Assembly: GCA_037381445.1 (NCBI GenBank)
Contig: JARRQT010000116.1
Span: forward strand, 2,006 to 19,020
DNA from: Calditrichia bacterium
GTDB lineage: Bacteria > Calditrichota > Calditrichia > RBG-13-44-9
DNA length: 17,015 bases
Direction of reading: 5' to 3'
The notes under the pieces were generated by a model, which did no database searches, was not told where the DNA came from, and saw only the letters and a list, made by a program, of their open reading frames with translations. Both the position numbers and the translations under genes were made by a program. Below are positions 7,806 to 15,759 of the stretch, in pieces. Numbering within the stretch: position 1 is the first letter of the stretch; the number at the start of each line of letters is the position of its first letter.

Positions 7806-8978
7806 ATGATTAAATCATTTGTAGCAAAGTTCGGCGCTGTGGTGCTTTTTATCGCATTCCTATCAGGCGGAAATGCAGTGTTTGCTGGTGTTCCCTCCTG
7901 GTATACCGCCTATCAAAATGGATTGAACGCCGTTGAAGCCGGCGACTGGAATTCCGGTATTGAAAATTTCCGGGAGGCGCTTAAGTCCAAAAATAAGGAT
8001 TCCGGGAAAATGCGGGCTTTCGGCGCCATATTTATTGAATATTATCCCCATCGGGAACTGGGAATTTGCTATTATCATATCGGGGATGCTGTCAATGCGG
8101 AGAAGGAATTGCAAATATCGCTGAAGCAATCGAGTTCCACACGCGCAACTGAATATATGGCGCTGGTTTCGAAGATGGATAAATCAAAAGCACCGGCGGT
8201 GAAAACCCCTGAGGCAGTTCCGGAAACGCCTTCCGAAACCCAACCGACGCTAACACCTCCTGCTTCCAGTTCGGAAACACGCGCTTCGGAAATTGTGGGC
8301 GATCGTCTCAGCATCGCTGTGCTGCCTTTTGACAGCAAAGGTTTAGGCGATGAACTGGGATCTATCGATTTGCTCGATAAGCTGATCACCGGTTTTGTGA
8401 ACATCAACCGTTTTAAGGTCATCGAGCGGGCCCTGCTGGAAAAAATTCTGGAAGAGCAGAAACTGGGGATGAGCGGAATACTGGACGCTTCCACCGCCGC
8501 GGAAATCGGTAAGGGAATCGGCGTGGATGCGGTGGTGGTGGGGAGCGTGACCCGCACCCGGACCGCCTTAAGTATCGATGCCCGGCTGATTGACACCGAA
8601 ACCACCGCCATCATTACCGCCCGGGACGCCTACAGCGATCACATCTCGCTGCAGGATATTTCCCAGACCATCAGTGATCTGGCGGAAAAAATAAAAGCTG
8701 ATCTGCCCATTGTGGGCGGATATGTCATTTCCGTGAATGAAAACAAACTGACGCTTGATATCGGCAGAAGCAACGGCATCCGCAAGGGAATGAAATGCCA
8801 TGTGTATCGTGAGGGCGCGCCCATTATCCATCCGGTTTCCGGAAAAGTGATTGCCCGGGAAATCGATGAAATCTGCGAGGCGCAGATCACCGATATCTTC
8901 GATGTCTATTCTACTGCCATCATACGCGAAAACAGGGATGGAAGTCCCAAAATACAGGACCGTGTTGTGACAAAGTAA
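7806..8978 (+). CDS. Exported protein: TPR + Pro/Thr/Ser linker + CsgG/FlgO-like domain + FlgT C-terminal-like domain
   Basis: Start set to ATG 7806, giving a signal peptide MIKSFVAKFGAVVLFIAFLSGGNAVFA. TPR-like helices follow. CsgG-like SIAVLPF...RFKVIERALLEKILEEQKLG..G..DASTAAEIGK..GVDAVVVGSV. C-terminal GYVISV...LDIGRSNGIRKGM...VYREG. Confidence 0.75.
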   Translation: MIKSFVAKFGAVVLFIAFLSGGNAVFAGVPSWYTAYQNGLNAVEAGDWNSGIENFREALKSKNKDSGKMRAFGAIFIEYYPHRELGICYYHIGDAVNAEKELQISLKQSSSTRATEYMALVSKMDKSKAPAVKTPEAVPETPSETQPTLTPPASSSETRASEIVGDRLSIAVLPFDSKGLGDELGSIDLLDKLITGFVNINRFKVIERALLEKILEEQKLGMSGILDASTAAEIGKGIGVDAVVVGSVTRTRTALSIDARLIDTETTAIITARDAYSDHISLQDISQTISDLAEKIKADLPIVGGYVISVNENKLTLDIGRSNGIRKGMKCHVYREGAPIIHPVSGKVIAREIDEICEAQITDIFDVYSTAIIRENRDGSPKIQDRVVTK

Positions 8979-9057
8979 TTTATTTTATTTTGTGACTGGT
9001 GCTGCGAGGAGGTTCTATAAATCCATAACACTTTACCCAATTGATGGAGGTATTATT

Positions 9058-9774
9058 ATGCGCAGGATATTTGCATTGGTTTTGATTTTTGTACTGTTGC
9101 TGCTTTCTGTTCAGGCATTTGGACAGATCTCCCGAAAAAATCAGATAGAAATCTACGCCGGTGCCGGCTTTCCGATTAAACCGGACGCTTTCAAGGATTT
9201 CTACAAAATGGGCATGAGTTTGAATGCCCAATATGTAATCTTCCCCTCAGCCCGGTTGGGAATTCCCATTTTTGCGGGTTACGAAAGATTCACAGTGGAC
9301 GATCAGGCCATTAGTGATCTATTTGGCCAGGGCCTTATCGGAGGATATATACCTGATAACAGCGGTTATTATTGGGAAATTACTGATGCCAGCCTGGAAT
9401 CCAGCGGGAGTGCCAGTCTGATAAAGATCGGAGCCGGTATTCGCCCTTACCTGACTGCTCCAGAAGCTTCCACTCAAATTTTTCTGTTTGGAAATGCGAG
9501 CTATAATTTTTTAAAGACTAAATCTGAAGTAAAAAGTGCGTCACTAGATGTGCAAGAGTACTACACTGGCACAACTGGAACCATAAAGTTAACTGCAGCG
9601 GATTTTGAAAAATATGAAGAAAGTGAAAACAGATTCGGCGCGGGTGTGGGCGCCGGTCTTGAAGTGCCAGTCGGCTCCTCCTTTAACATGATTTTCCAGG
9701 GCATGTATAACATGATCTTCACCAAAGAAGAAAGCACATCATTTGTCGGAGTGACCGCCGGCGTTGTTTTCTAA
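9058..9774 (+). CDS. Outer-membrane beta-barrel protein (small, probably 8-stranded)
   Basis: SD GGAGG (9046-9050) before ATG 9058. Signal peptide, alternating amphipathic strands (IEIYAGAGF, IKIGAGIRPYL, FGAGVGAGLEV) and a C-terminal BAM-type strand ending in Phe (VGVTAGVVF). Confidence 0.8.
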   Translation: MRRIFALVLIFVLLLLSVQAFGQISRKNQIEIYAGAGFPIKPDAFKDFYKMGMSLNAQYVIFPSARLGIPIFAGYERFTVDDQAISDLFGQGLIGGYIPDNSGYYWEITDASLESSGSASLIKIGAGIRPYLTAPEASTQIFLFGNASYNFLKTKSEVKSASLDVQEYYTGTTGTIKLTAADFEKYEESENRFGAGVGAGLEVPVGSSFNMIFQGMYNMIFTKEESTSFVGVTAGVVF

Positions 9775-9796
9775 AAATGATCTACAGTCCTTGCAG

Positions 9797-9841
9797 AAAA
9801 AAAGAAGCCAATTTGCACATACAAATTGGCTTCTTCTCTTT
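9797..9841. terminator. Bidirectional intrinsic terminator between the OMP gene and apt
   Basis: 14-bp perfect stem AAGAAGCCAATTTG/CAAATTGGCTTCTT, 6-nt loop, A-run on the left and pyrimidine run on the right, between convergent genes. Confidence 0.85.
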
Positions 9842-9860
9842 ATAATGGTTCTATTCTATT

Positions 9861-10370
9861 TTAGAACGGAAATGCAATCAGCGAATGAACATCATAGCCC
9901 TTCAATAAATCGCGGCCTTTCAGTTCCAGCAGTTCAATCAGGAATGAAATACCGACGATCTTACCACCCAGCTTCTCGATCAGCCGGCAGGCCGCTGCGG
10001 CGGTTCCTCCGGTCGCCAGCAGATCATCCACCAGAAATATTTTCTCCCCTTTCCTGATGGCATCTTTGTGAATTTCAATGCTGTCCTTGCCGTACTCCAG
10101 ATCATATTCCTCAACCAGGCATTCTCCCGGCAGTTTTCCCGGCTTGCGGATGGGAACAAACCCCACATTCAGCTTATAGGCCAGCGCTGATCCAAAAATA
10201 AATCCCCGTGCCTCTATGGCCACAATCTTCTCCAATTCCTCGTGACGAAAGGGATCGTACATATAATCAACGGCCTGGGCGAACAGCTCACCCTGTTTGA
10301 TCATGGTGGTGATATCTTTAAACTGTATTCCTTTGACCGGGAAATCGGGAATGTTGCGTATGCAATTTTT
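9861..10370 (-). CDS. apt: Adenine phosphoribosyltransferase; native start codon apparently missing
   Basis: IRNIPDFPVKGIQFKDIT, IEARGFIFG, IRKPGKLP, YDLEYG, PRPP motif LVDDLLATGGT. Homology begins at about KNCIR (10370). The upstream ATGs at 10433 and 10409 lie within acyP in another frame. Confidence 0.88.
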   Translation of the reverse strand, partial: KNCIRNIPDFPVKGIQFKDITTMIKQGELFAQAVDYMYDPFRHEELEKIVAIEARGFIFGSALAYKLNVGFVPIRKPGKLPGECLVEEYDLEYGKDSIEIHKDAIRKGEKIFLVDDLLATGGTAAAACRLIEKLGGKIVGISFLIELLELKGRDLLKGYDVHSLIAFPF

Positions 10371-10536
10371 CCAGGTCTCCCCGGTCTCCTTCCGCAAAGA
10401 CCTCCACATTTCCGTTTGCCAGGTTTTTGACATATCCCGTCAAATTATAGGACTTCGCCCGCTTATACGTAAAATACCGGAATCCTACCCCCTGAACATT
10501 GCCCGAAACATGGGCCATGAATGAAGATTTCTCCAA
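10363..10536 (-). pseudogene. acyP: Acylphosphatase, 3'-truncated (58 homologous aa, then 14 unrelated aa to stop at 10318)
   Basis: TTG start with SD GAGGTGA. VSGNVQGVGFR (catalytic Arg), GYVKNL (catalytic Asn), VEVFAEG...LEKL. The usual ~30-aa C-terminus (GP..A.V...F.I) is absent. Confidence 0.8.
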
Positions 10537-10571
10537 ATCTCACCTCTTCTGCCGATCAAACACTTTAATAA

Positions 10572-11045
10572 TCACTGAAAAATATCAACTGCTTTGCCTA
10601 CTGCTTCTTCCGGGGAATGAACGAGCTGTGTTCCCGGAACTGTCAGCCAGGGATCGAGGCAAAACACTGGCTTATTGAGCTGCAGGGCAAAGGAAATCTC
10701 TGATAAGGTGCCATAGCTGCCGTCAATCGCGATGAGCGCCGGGGCAGAACGTACAATAATGATATTTCTCCCGATTCCCATGCCGGTGGCAATCGGGATG
10801 GAAACCCAGGGATTCGCGTCCGCAGCGGAATCGGTAGGCAGGATGCCGATGGTCAGGCCCCCCGCCTGCTGTGCCCCCTTGCAGGCGGCCTCCATCACGC
10901 CGCTCATACCGCCGCAGATCAACGCAATTCCTGCTTCCGCAATGAGACGACCGACTTCCTGCGCTTTATCGTAAACTTCAGAGGAGCACTGTCCGCCCCC
11001 GATCACCCCGATTATCTTTCGTCTCGCAATGGCAGTGTCAATCAT
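10572..11045 (-). CDS. TIGR00725 family LOG-like Rossmann-fold nucleotide-binding protein
   Basis: IGVIGG, LICGGMSGVMEAACKGA, GGLTIGILP, TGMGIGRN, GSYGTLSEISFAL. Confidence 0.88.
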   Translation of the reverse strand: MIDTAIARRKIIGVIGGGQCSSEVYDKAQEVGRLIAEAGIALICGGMSGVMEAACKGAQQAGGLTIGILPTDSAADANPWVSIPIATGMGIGRNIIIVRSAPALIAIDGSYGTLSEISFALQLNKPVFCLDPWLTVPGTQLVHSPEEAVGKAVDIFQ

Positions 11046-11250
11046 ATTCTTAACTTGTTAATATTGTTTCCAACAGCCCGGCCTTTTACGAACATACTGA
11101 GCAACGACAAGATGAATCTATAATAAACACCTTTTAATTACAACTTAAAAATTGAGAATCCGGTTTCTGCAAATCAGCGGCGATGGAGATAACTCCTTGT
11201 TATTTATAACAAAGACAGGTAGTCATCTAAATATATCCATCTGCATAAAA

Positions 11251-11280
11251 TAAAAAAAGCGGGATTAGCTCCCGCTTTTA
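11251..11280 (-). terminator. Intrinsic terminator after asnS
   Basis: Stem AAAAGCGGGA/TCCCGCTTTT with a 5-nt loop. The plus-strand A-run gives a minus-strand U-tract about 25 nt past the asnS stop. Confidence 0.85.
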
Positions 11281-11304
11281 GTGAATTTATTCTGATTTCT
11301 TGGC

Positions 11305-12618
11305 CTACGGATTCAGACGATAGATGGTCCTTGGGAATGGTATGGTTTCCCTGATGTGCGGTATGCCGCAGATCCAGGCCACCGTTCTTTCGATTCCCAG
11401 CCCGAAACCGGAGTGCGGCACACTGCCGTAACGGCGCAAATCCAGGTACCATTCGAAGGATTCCCTGGGAAGTTTTTCTTCCTCCAGCCGCTTCAGCAAT
11501 GCCTCGTAATCGTCCTCGCGCTGGCTTCCGCCAATGATCTCGCCGTATCCTTCCGGGGCCAGAACGTCCATGGCCAGCGCCAGATTCTCATTCTGCGGAT
11601 CCCGCTTCATGTAGAATGCTTTCACGGCTGCCGGGTAACGATGGACAATCACCGGGCGATCGAATTCCTCGGATATGATCGTTTCGTCGGCGCCGCCAAA
11701 ATCATTTCCCCAATCGAAGTCCACACCCTTTTTCTTCAGGATTTCAACGGCCTCATCATAACGGAGCCGCGGAAAAGGCGCCTTCACCGTCTCCAGTTTG
11801 GAGATGTCCCTTTCCAGAATTTCCAGTTCCTGTCTGCGGTTTTCCAGCACCCGCTGCACAATGTAGCTGATGAAATCTTCCGCCAGGTGCATGTCATCAT
11901 CCAGATCAAAATAGGCCACTTCCGGTTCAACCATCCAGAATTCGGTGAGGTGGCGGCGTGTTTTTGATTTCTCCGCCCGGAAGGTCGGCCCAAAGCAGTA
12001 GACTTTGCCGAACGCCATGGCGGCTGCTTCCGCATAAAGCTGGCCGCTCTGGGTGAGATATGCCTTGTCACCGAAATATTCCGTTTCAAACAGCGTAGTG
12101 GTGCCTTCGCAGGCGGCCGGAGTAAATATGGGGGCATCGACCAGCGTGAATTTACGTTCATTGAAAAAATCCCTGATGGCGGAAATAATCTCGTGGCGGA
12201 TTCTCAACACTGCATACTGCTTCCGTGAGCGCAGCCAGAGATGCCGTTTGTCCATGAGAAATTCGATACCATGCTCTTTTTTGGAAATAGGATAATCCAG
12301 AGCCTGCTGGACGATACCCAGATCGGTCACCTGTATTTCAAATCCGATGGGAGAACGTTTATCTTCTTTTACCAGGCCCCTGACAACCAGTGAAGTTTCC
12401 AATCCGATATTATCGCACAGATTGAAGACCTCATCGCTCACTTCGCCTTTAACCACGACGCATTGTATGGTATTCGTTCCATCCCGCACCAGAAGAAACT
12501 GGATCTTTCCGCTGGACCGCTGGTTATACAGCCAGCCCGCAATCGTGACTTCCTGTCCCACATATTGAGAAATATCGTCAATGTAAACACGATCCTTGTA
12601 AGCCTTCTTCTCTAACAT
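11305..12618 (-). CDS. asnS: Asparagine--tRNA ligase
   Basis: OB-fold ([20 protein letters not shown]), [16 protein letters not shown], motif 2 [31 protein letters not shown], motif 3 [18 protein letters not shown] 12618 has SD AGGAG 5 nt upstream. Confidence 0.96.
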   Translation of the reverse strand: MLEKKAYKDRVYIDDISQYVGQEVTIAGWLYNQRSSGKIQFLLVRDGTNTIQCVVVKGEVSDEVFNLCDNIGLETSLVVRGLVKEDKRSPIGFEIQVTDLGIVQQALDYPISKKEHGIEFLMDKRHLWLRSRKQYAVLRIRHEIISAIRDFFNERKFTLVDAPIFTPAACEGTTTLFETEYFGDKAYLTQSGQLYAEAAAMAFGKVYCFGPTFRAEKSKTRRHLTEFWMVEPEVAYFDLDDDMHLAEDFISYIVQRVLENRRQELEILERDISKLETVKAPFPRLRYDEAVEILKKKGVDFDWGNDFGGADETIISEEFDRPVIVHRYPAAVKAFYMKRDPQNENLALAMDVLAPEGYGEIIGGSQREDDYEALLKRLEEEKLPRESFEWYLDLRRYGSVPHSGFGLGIERTVAWICGIPHIRETIPFPRTIYRLNP

Positions 12619-12635
12619 AATCACTCCTGTTTTTA

Positions 12636-14321
12636 TTACATTCTGAAATCGCCTTCCGGCGCTGTAAGAATTTTCCTGTCAAATACCGGCAGTTCCCTGA
12701 GATTCGCCAGGCGATAGGCAAAGTTGGCGATATGCCTGGTGATCCGGGTCAGCTTCGCAAAATCGATTTTCTGCGGCGTATCACCCGGGTTGCTGTAGTC
12801 CGTATGAAAGCCGGTGAAATAATAAACGACCGGAATTCGCTGCTCCTGGAAGACAGCATGATCACTGCCGCTGGTGAAGAACACATTGGGATCGAACAGC
12901 AGGTTCAGATGCATTTCATCGTTTGATTGTTCCGCCATATCTCTGAGAGCAGGCGCCTGCGCGGAATAAAAGATCATGACTTTATTTTCCGTATCCGGCT
13001 CCTGAATCGGTTTCCGCAAAGCGGCAAAATTAAAAGACGCATCTCTACCGATCATATCCATATTGAATACCAATTTTATATCCTTCATCGGAAGCGGCGG
13101 ATGGCTGGCGAAATATTTGCTTCCCAGCATGCCCATTTCCTCGGCATCCCAAAATGCAAAAAGGATACTGCGTTTCGGCTTCTCCTGTTCCTTCAGGCTG
13201 ATCAGACTCTCCGCAAAATTCAGATTCGCCGAAACCCCGGAGGCATTATCATCCGCGCCGCGGAAAATTTCGCCGCCCTGCATGCCTTCGTGATCGAAAT
13301 GGGAGCCAATCAGAATATACTCCCCGGAAAGTTCGGGATCGCTGCCGCGATAGAATGCGAGCACATTCCGGCACTGGCGTACCTCTTTCTGCCGGTAATG
13401 AAGATTCAATTCGGCCGCACCGGAAGTCCAATCCTTTGAATCCCATCCAAAGGTCTTTTTATTTTTCTTCCGCAGCCATTTTTTAAGCTTTCTGTTTTCC
13501 GCCTGAAAATTGTTGCTGATCCATGCGCCGAAATTCTTTTCAGCGAATTCCGCGGACAGATAAATCACCGGAACAGCAGTCTCATCGACCAGCACAAAAG
13601 ACTTCCTCTCTTTTTTGCCGGATTTTCGCTGGATTATTCGGGAATATTTCCCGCTGTTTTCGGGCGTCGGCAGCAGAATAAGCGCCCTGCCTCCCCTTTC
13701 GGCCACCGCCTGCGCTTTCCAGCCGTCCAGCGCATATTGGGTCTGATGTTTTCCGTTGAAGAAAACCGTACTGTCATTTTCCAGGGGCTCACCGTAATAA
13801 GCCACCACAATTTTCCCCTGCAGATCCCTGCCCGCAAAATCATCATAATTATATTCGGGCGCCTGAATGGCATATCCTGCAAAAACAGTCTCACTTTTCA
13901 GATCAAGTTCTGCGGGGGAATTCATGAAATAATAATAGTCAGTCCCATATTCTCCCGGGGCGGCGGAACTCTCTTCGGAAAGTGCCAGCCGGCAGTCGAT
14001 CTCATCCTGGCCAACCCCCAGAATTTCGAAATTCTGATAAAAGCGCTCCAGGCTGTCCGGCGCTTCATTCCCGTTGAGGGGAAGCAGGTTGTTTCTCCAC
14101 AGCCGGCTTGCCAGAAAGGCGCCGGCGGATTTGGCGCCTGATGTGCCCGCTTCCCTGCCTTCAAATGCCCTGGAAGCCAGCAAATAGAGATCCGCCCGGA
14201 GATGCGATTCTTTAATTTCCGGGATCGCCGGATATTCCTGGGAATATAAATGATTCCCGACGGGGAAAATCAGTAATACAAACAGAAAAAATGGAAACAG
14301 AATGCTGGTATTCTTTTTCAT
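12636..14321 (-). CDS. Exported M28 family metallopeptidase with PA domain
   Basis: Signal peptide, [10 protein letters not shown] insert (VFAGYAI...[15 protein letters not shown]), [30 protein letters not shown]. The terminal YH motif reads YS. Confidence 0.88.
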   Translation of the reverse strand: MKKNTSILFPFFLFVLLIFPVGNHLYSQEYPAIPEIKESHLRADLYLLASRAFEGREAGTSGAKSAGAFLASRLWRNNLLPLNGNEAPDSLERFYQNFEILGVGQDEIDCRLALSEESSAAPGEYGTDYYYFMNSPAELDLKSETVFAGYAIQAPEYNYDDFAGRDLQGKIVVAYYGEPLENDSTVFFNGKHQTQYALDGWKAQAVAERGGRALILLPTPENSGKYSRIIQRKSGKKERKSFVLVDETAVPVIYLSAEFAEKNFGAWISNNFQAENRKLKKWLRKKNKKTFGWDSKDWTSGAAELNLHYRQKEVRQCRNVLAFYRGSDPELSGEYILIGSHFDHEGMQGGEIFRGADDNASGVSANLNFAESLISLKEQEKPKRSILFAFWDAEEMGMLGSKYFASHPPLPMKDIKLVFNMDMIGRDASFNFAALRKPIQEPDTENKVMIFYSAQAPALRDMAEQSNDEMHLNLLFDPNVFFTSGSDHAVFQEQRIPVVYYFTGFHTDYSNPGDTPQKIDFAKLTRITRHIANFAYRLANLRELPVFDRKILTAPEGDFRM

Positions 14322-14347
14322 GATGACCGCCTGTATTTAAAGCTCAA

Positions 14348-14376
14348 ATTATAAATAATCGTGCAAGAAAAATCAA
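14348..14376 (-). promoter_or_regulatory. Sigma70 promoter for the M28-asnS unit
   Basis: Minus strand TTGATT (14376-14371), 17-nt spacer, TATAAT (14353-14348), about 27 nt upstream of ATG 14321. Confidence 0.65.
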
Positions 14377-14584
14377 CCCGTATTTGGAATACATGTATTT
14401 CTAATGCTTTCCGAAGGGGAAATTTCCTGCGATGTAGTTCCTAGGACGTTCGTTTTCGGGTTGATACCCATTCCCGACGCTGCATCTTTTTTCTAAATCT
14501 GTTTACTAATATATCAGGAATTATTAAATTTATCACAAATATTGATTTAAGACTTTACAATATAAAACAATGAAAGGGGTAATT

Positions 14585-15667
14585 ATGGAATACCGGGTTT
14601 TTAATTTTAGTGCAGGACCTGCCACATTGCCGCTCTCTGTACTGGAAACGGCGCAGAAAGAGTTGATTAATTTCCACGGCGAAGGTATGTCTATTCTGGA
14701 AATGAGCCACCGTTCCAAGACTTTCGACAATGTCATTAATGATGCGGTTGCCGCCGTAAAAAATGTAATGGGCTATGGCGATAACTACAGTGTGCTTTTT
14801 CTGCAGGGCGGCGCCACGGGTCAGTTTGCCGCTGTGCCGATGAACCTGGCCGTTAAGGGGAAGCCGGCATTGTATATCAACACCGGCTCCTGGTCCAAGA
14901 AAGCCATTTCAGAAGCGAAAAAACTCGGCATCGAGTACAAAGTTGCCGCGAGCTCCGAAGAAGAAAAGTTCGGTTATATACCCGCGAAGTTCGACCTGGA
15001 TTCCAATGCTTCCTATGTTCACATCACATCGAACAATACCATTTTCGGCACCCAGTGGCAGAAATATCCTGATACCGGCAAAATTCCCCTGGTAGCGGAC
15101 ATGTCGTCCGATTTCTATTGCCGCCGCTTCGATCCCAATCAGTTTGGCTTCATCTACGCCGGCGCGCAGAAAAACGCGGGACCGGCGGGCGTCACTATTG
15201 TTATCATCCGGAATGACCTGCTGGAGCGCAGCCACGATGATATTCCGACCATCCTGAATTATAAGATATTTGCGGAGAAGAATTCACTCTATAATACGCC
15301 CAATTGCTTCGGCATTTATATTGTCGGTCTGGTGATGCACTGGATTCTGGACCAGGGGGGCATTGATAAAGTGGAAGCCAAAAACAGGAAAAAGGCGGAG
15401 CTTTTGTATGACCGGCTGGATAATTCGGATTTTTACCGTCCCACCGCCCGGGAAGACAGCCGCTCGCTGATGAATGTTACCTTCCGGCTGCCCAGTGAAG
15501 ATCTGGAGAAAAAATTTGTGGCCGAGGCCACTGAGAACGGAATGATTGGCCTGAAAGGCCATCGTTCGGTTGGCGGTATCCGCGCCAGTATTTATAACGC
15601 CATGCCCACGGAAGGCGTGGAAACGCTGGTCAGCTTTATGAAAGAATTTGAGAAGAAAAACGGCTAA
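14585..15667 (+). CDS. serC: Phosphoserine aminotransferase
   Basis: FNFSAGPA, EMSHRS, LQGGATGQF, SNNTIFG, DMSSD, PLP-lysine GAQKNAGPAG, LYNTP, GHRSVGGIRASIYNA. ATG 14585 has SD AAGGGGT. Confidence 0.96.
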   Translation: MEYRVFNFSAGPATLPLSVLETAQKELINFHGEGMSILEMSHRSKTFDNVINDAVAAVKNVMGYGDNYSVLFLQGGATGQFAAVPMNLAVKGKPALYINTGSWSKKAISEAKKLGIEYKVAASSEEEKFGYIPAKFDLDSNASYVHITSNNTIFGTQWQKYPDTGKIPLVADMSSDFYCRRFDPNQFGFIYAGAQKNAGPAGVTIVIIRNDLLERSHDDIPTILNYKIFAEKNSLYNTPNCFGIYIVGLVMHWILDQGGIDKVEAKNRKKAELLYDRLDNSDFYRPTAREDSRSLMNVTFRLPSEDLEKKFVAEATENGMIGLKGHRSVGGIRASIYNAMPTEGVETLVSFMKEFEKKNG

Positions 15668-15690
15668 GCTCTTCTGATCATCATTCAAAT

Positions 15691-15722
15691 AAAAAAAGGG
15701 AGGATTTTTCCTCCCTTTTTTT
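15691..15722. terminator. Bidirectional intrinsic terminator between serC and the Ldh_2 gene
   Basis: AAAAAAAGGGAGGA-TTTT-TCCTCCCTTTTTTT: perfect inverted repeat with U-tracts on both strands. Confidence 0.92.
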
Positions 15723-15759
15723 ATATCAACATTTGATAAATCTGCATTCCAGAACCGGA

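Noticed and set aside
10371..10433. N-terminal extension of apt in the ORF track (MSKTWQTEMWRS...)
   Set aside because: It is an alternate frame of the acyP coding sequence, with no APRT similarity and only weak SDs.
11177..11212. GGCGATGGAG resembling a second fluoride riboswitch, plus a TTGTTA-N4-TAACAA palindrome and a minus-strand AAGGAG
   Set aside because: It lacks the P1 partner and the GCTRATGAC segment, and no plus-strand gene follows. The palindrome is single and AT-rich, and no canonical start follows the SD-like sequence.
14409..14425. CCGAAGGGGAAA resembling part of a glycine riboswitch upstream of serC
   Set aside because: The GGAGA and CTCTCAGG elements are missing.
14521..14538. 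Rex-like site TTATTAA-N4-ATCACAA
   Set aside because: Three mismatches to TTGTGAA-N4-TTCACAA in very AT-rich DNA.
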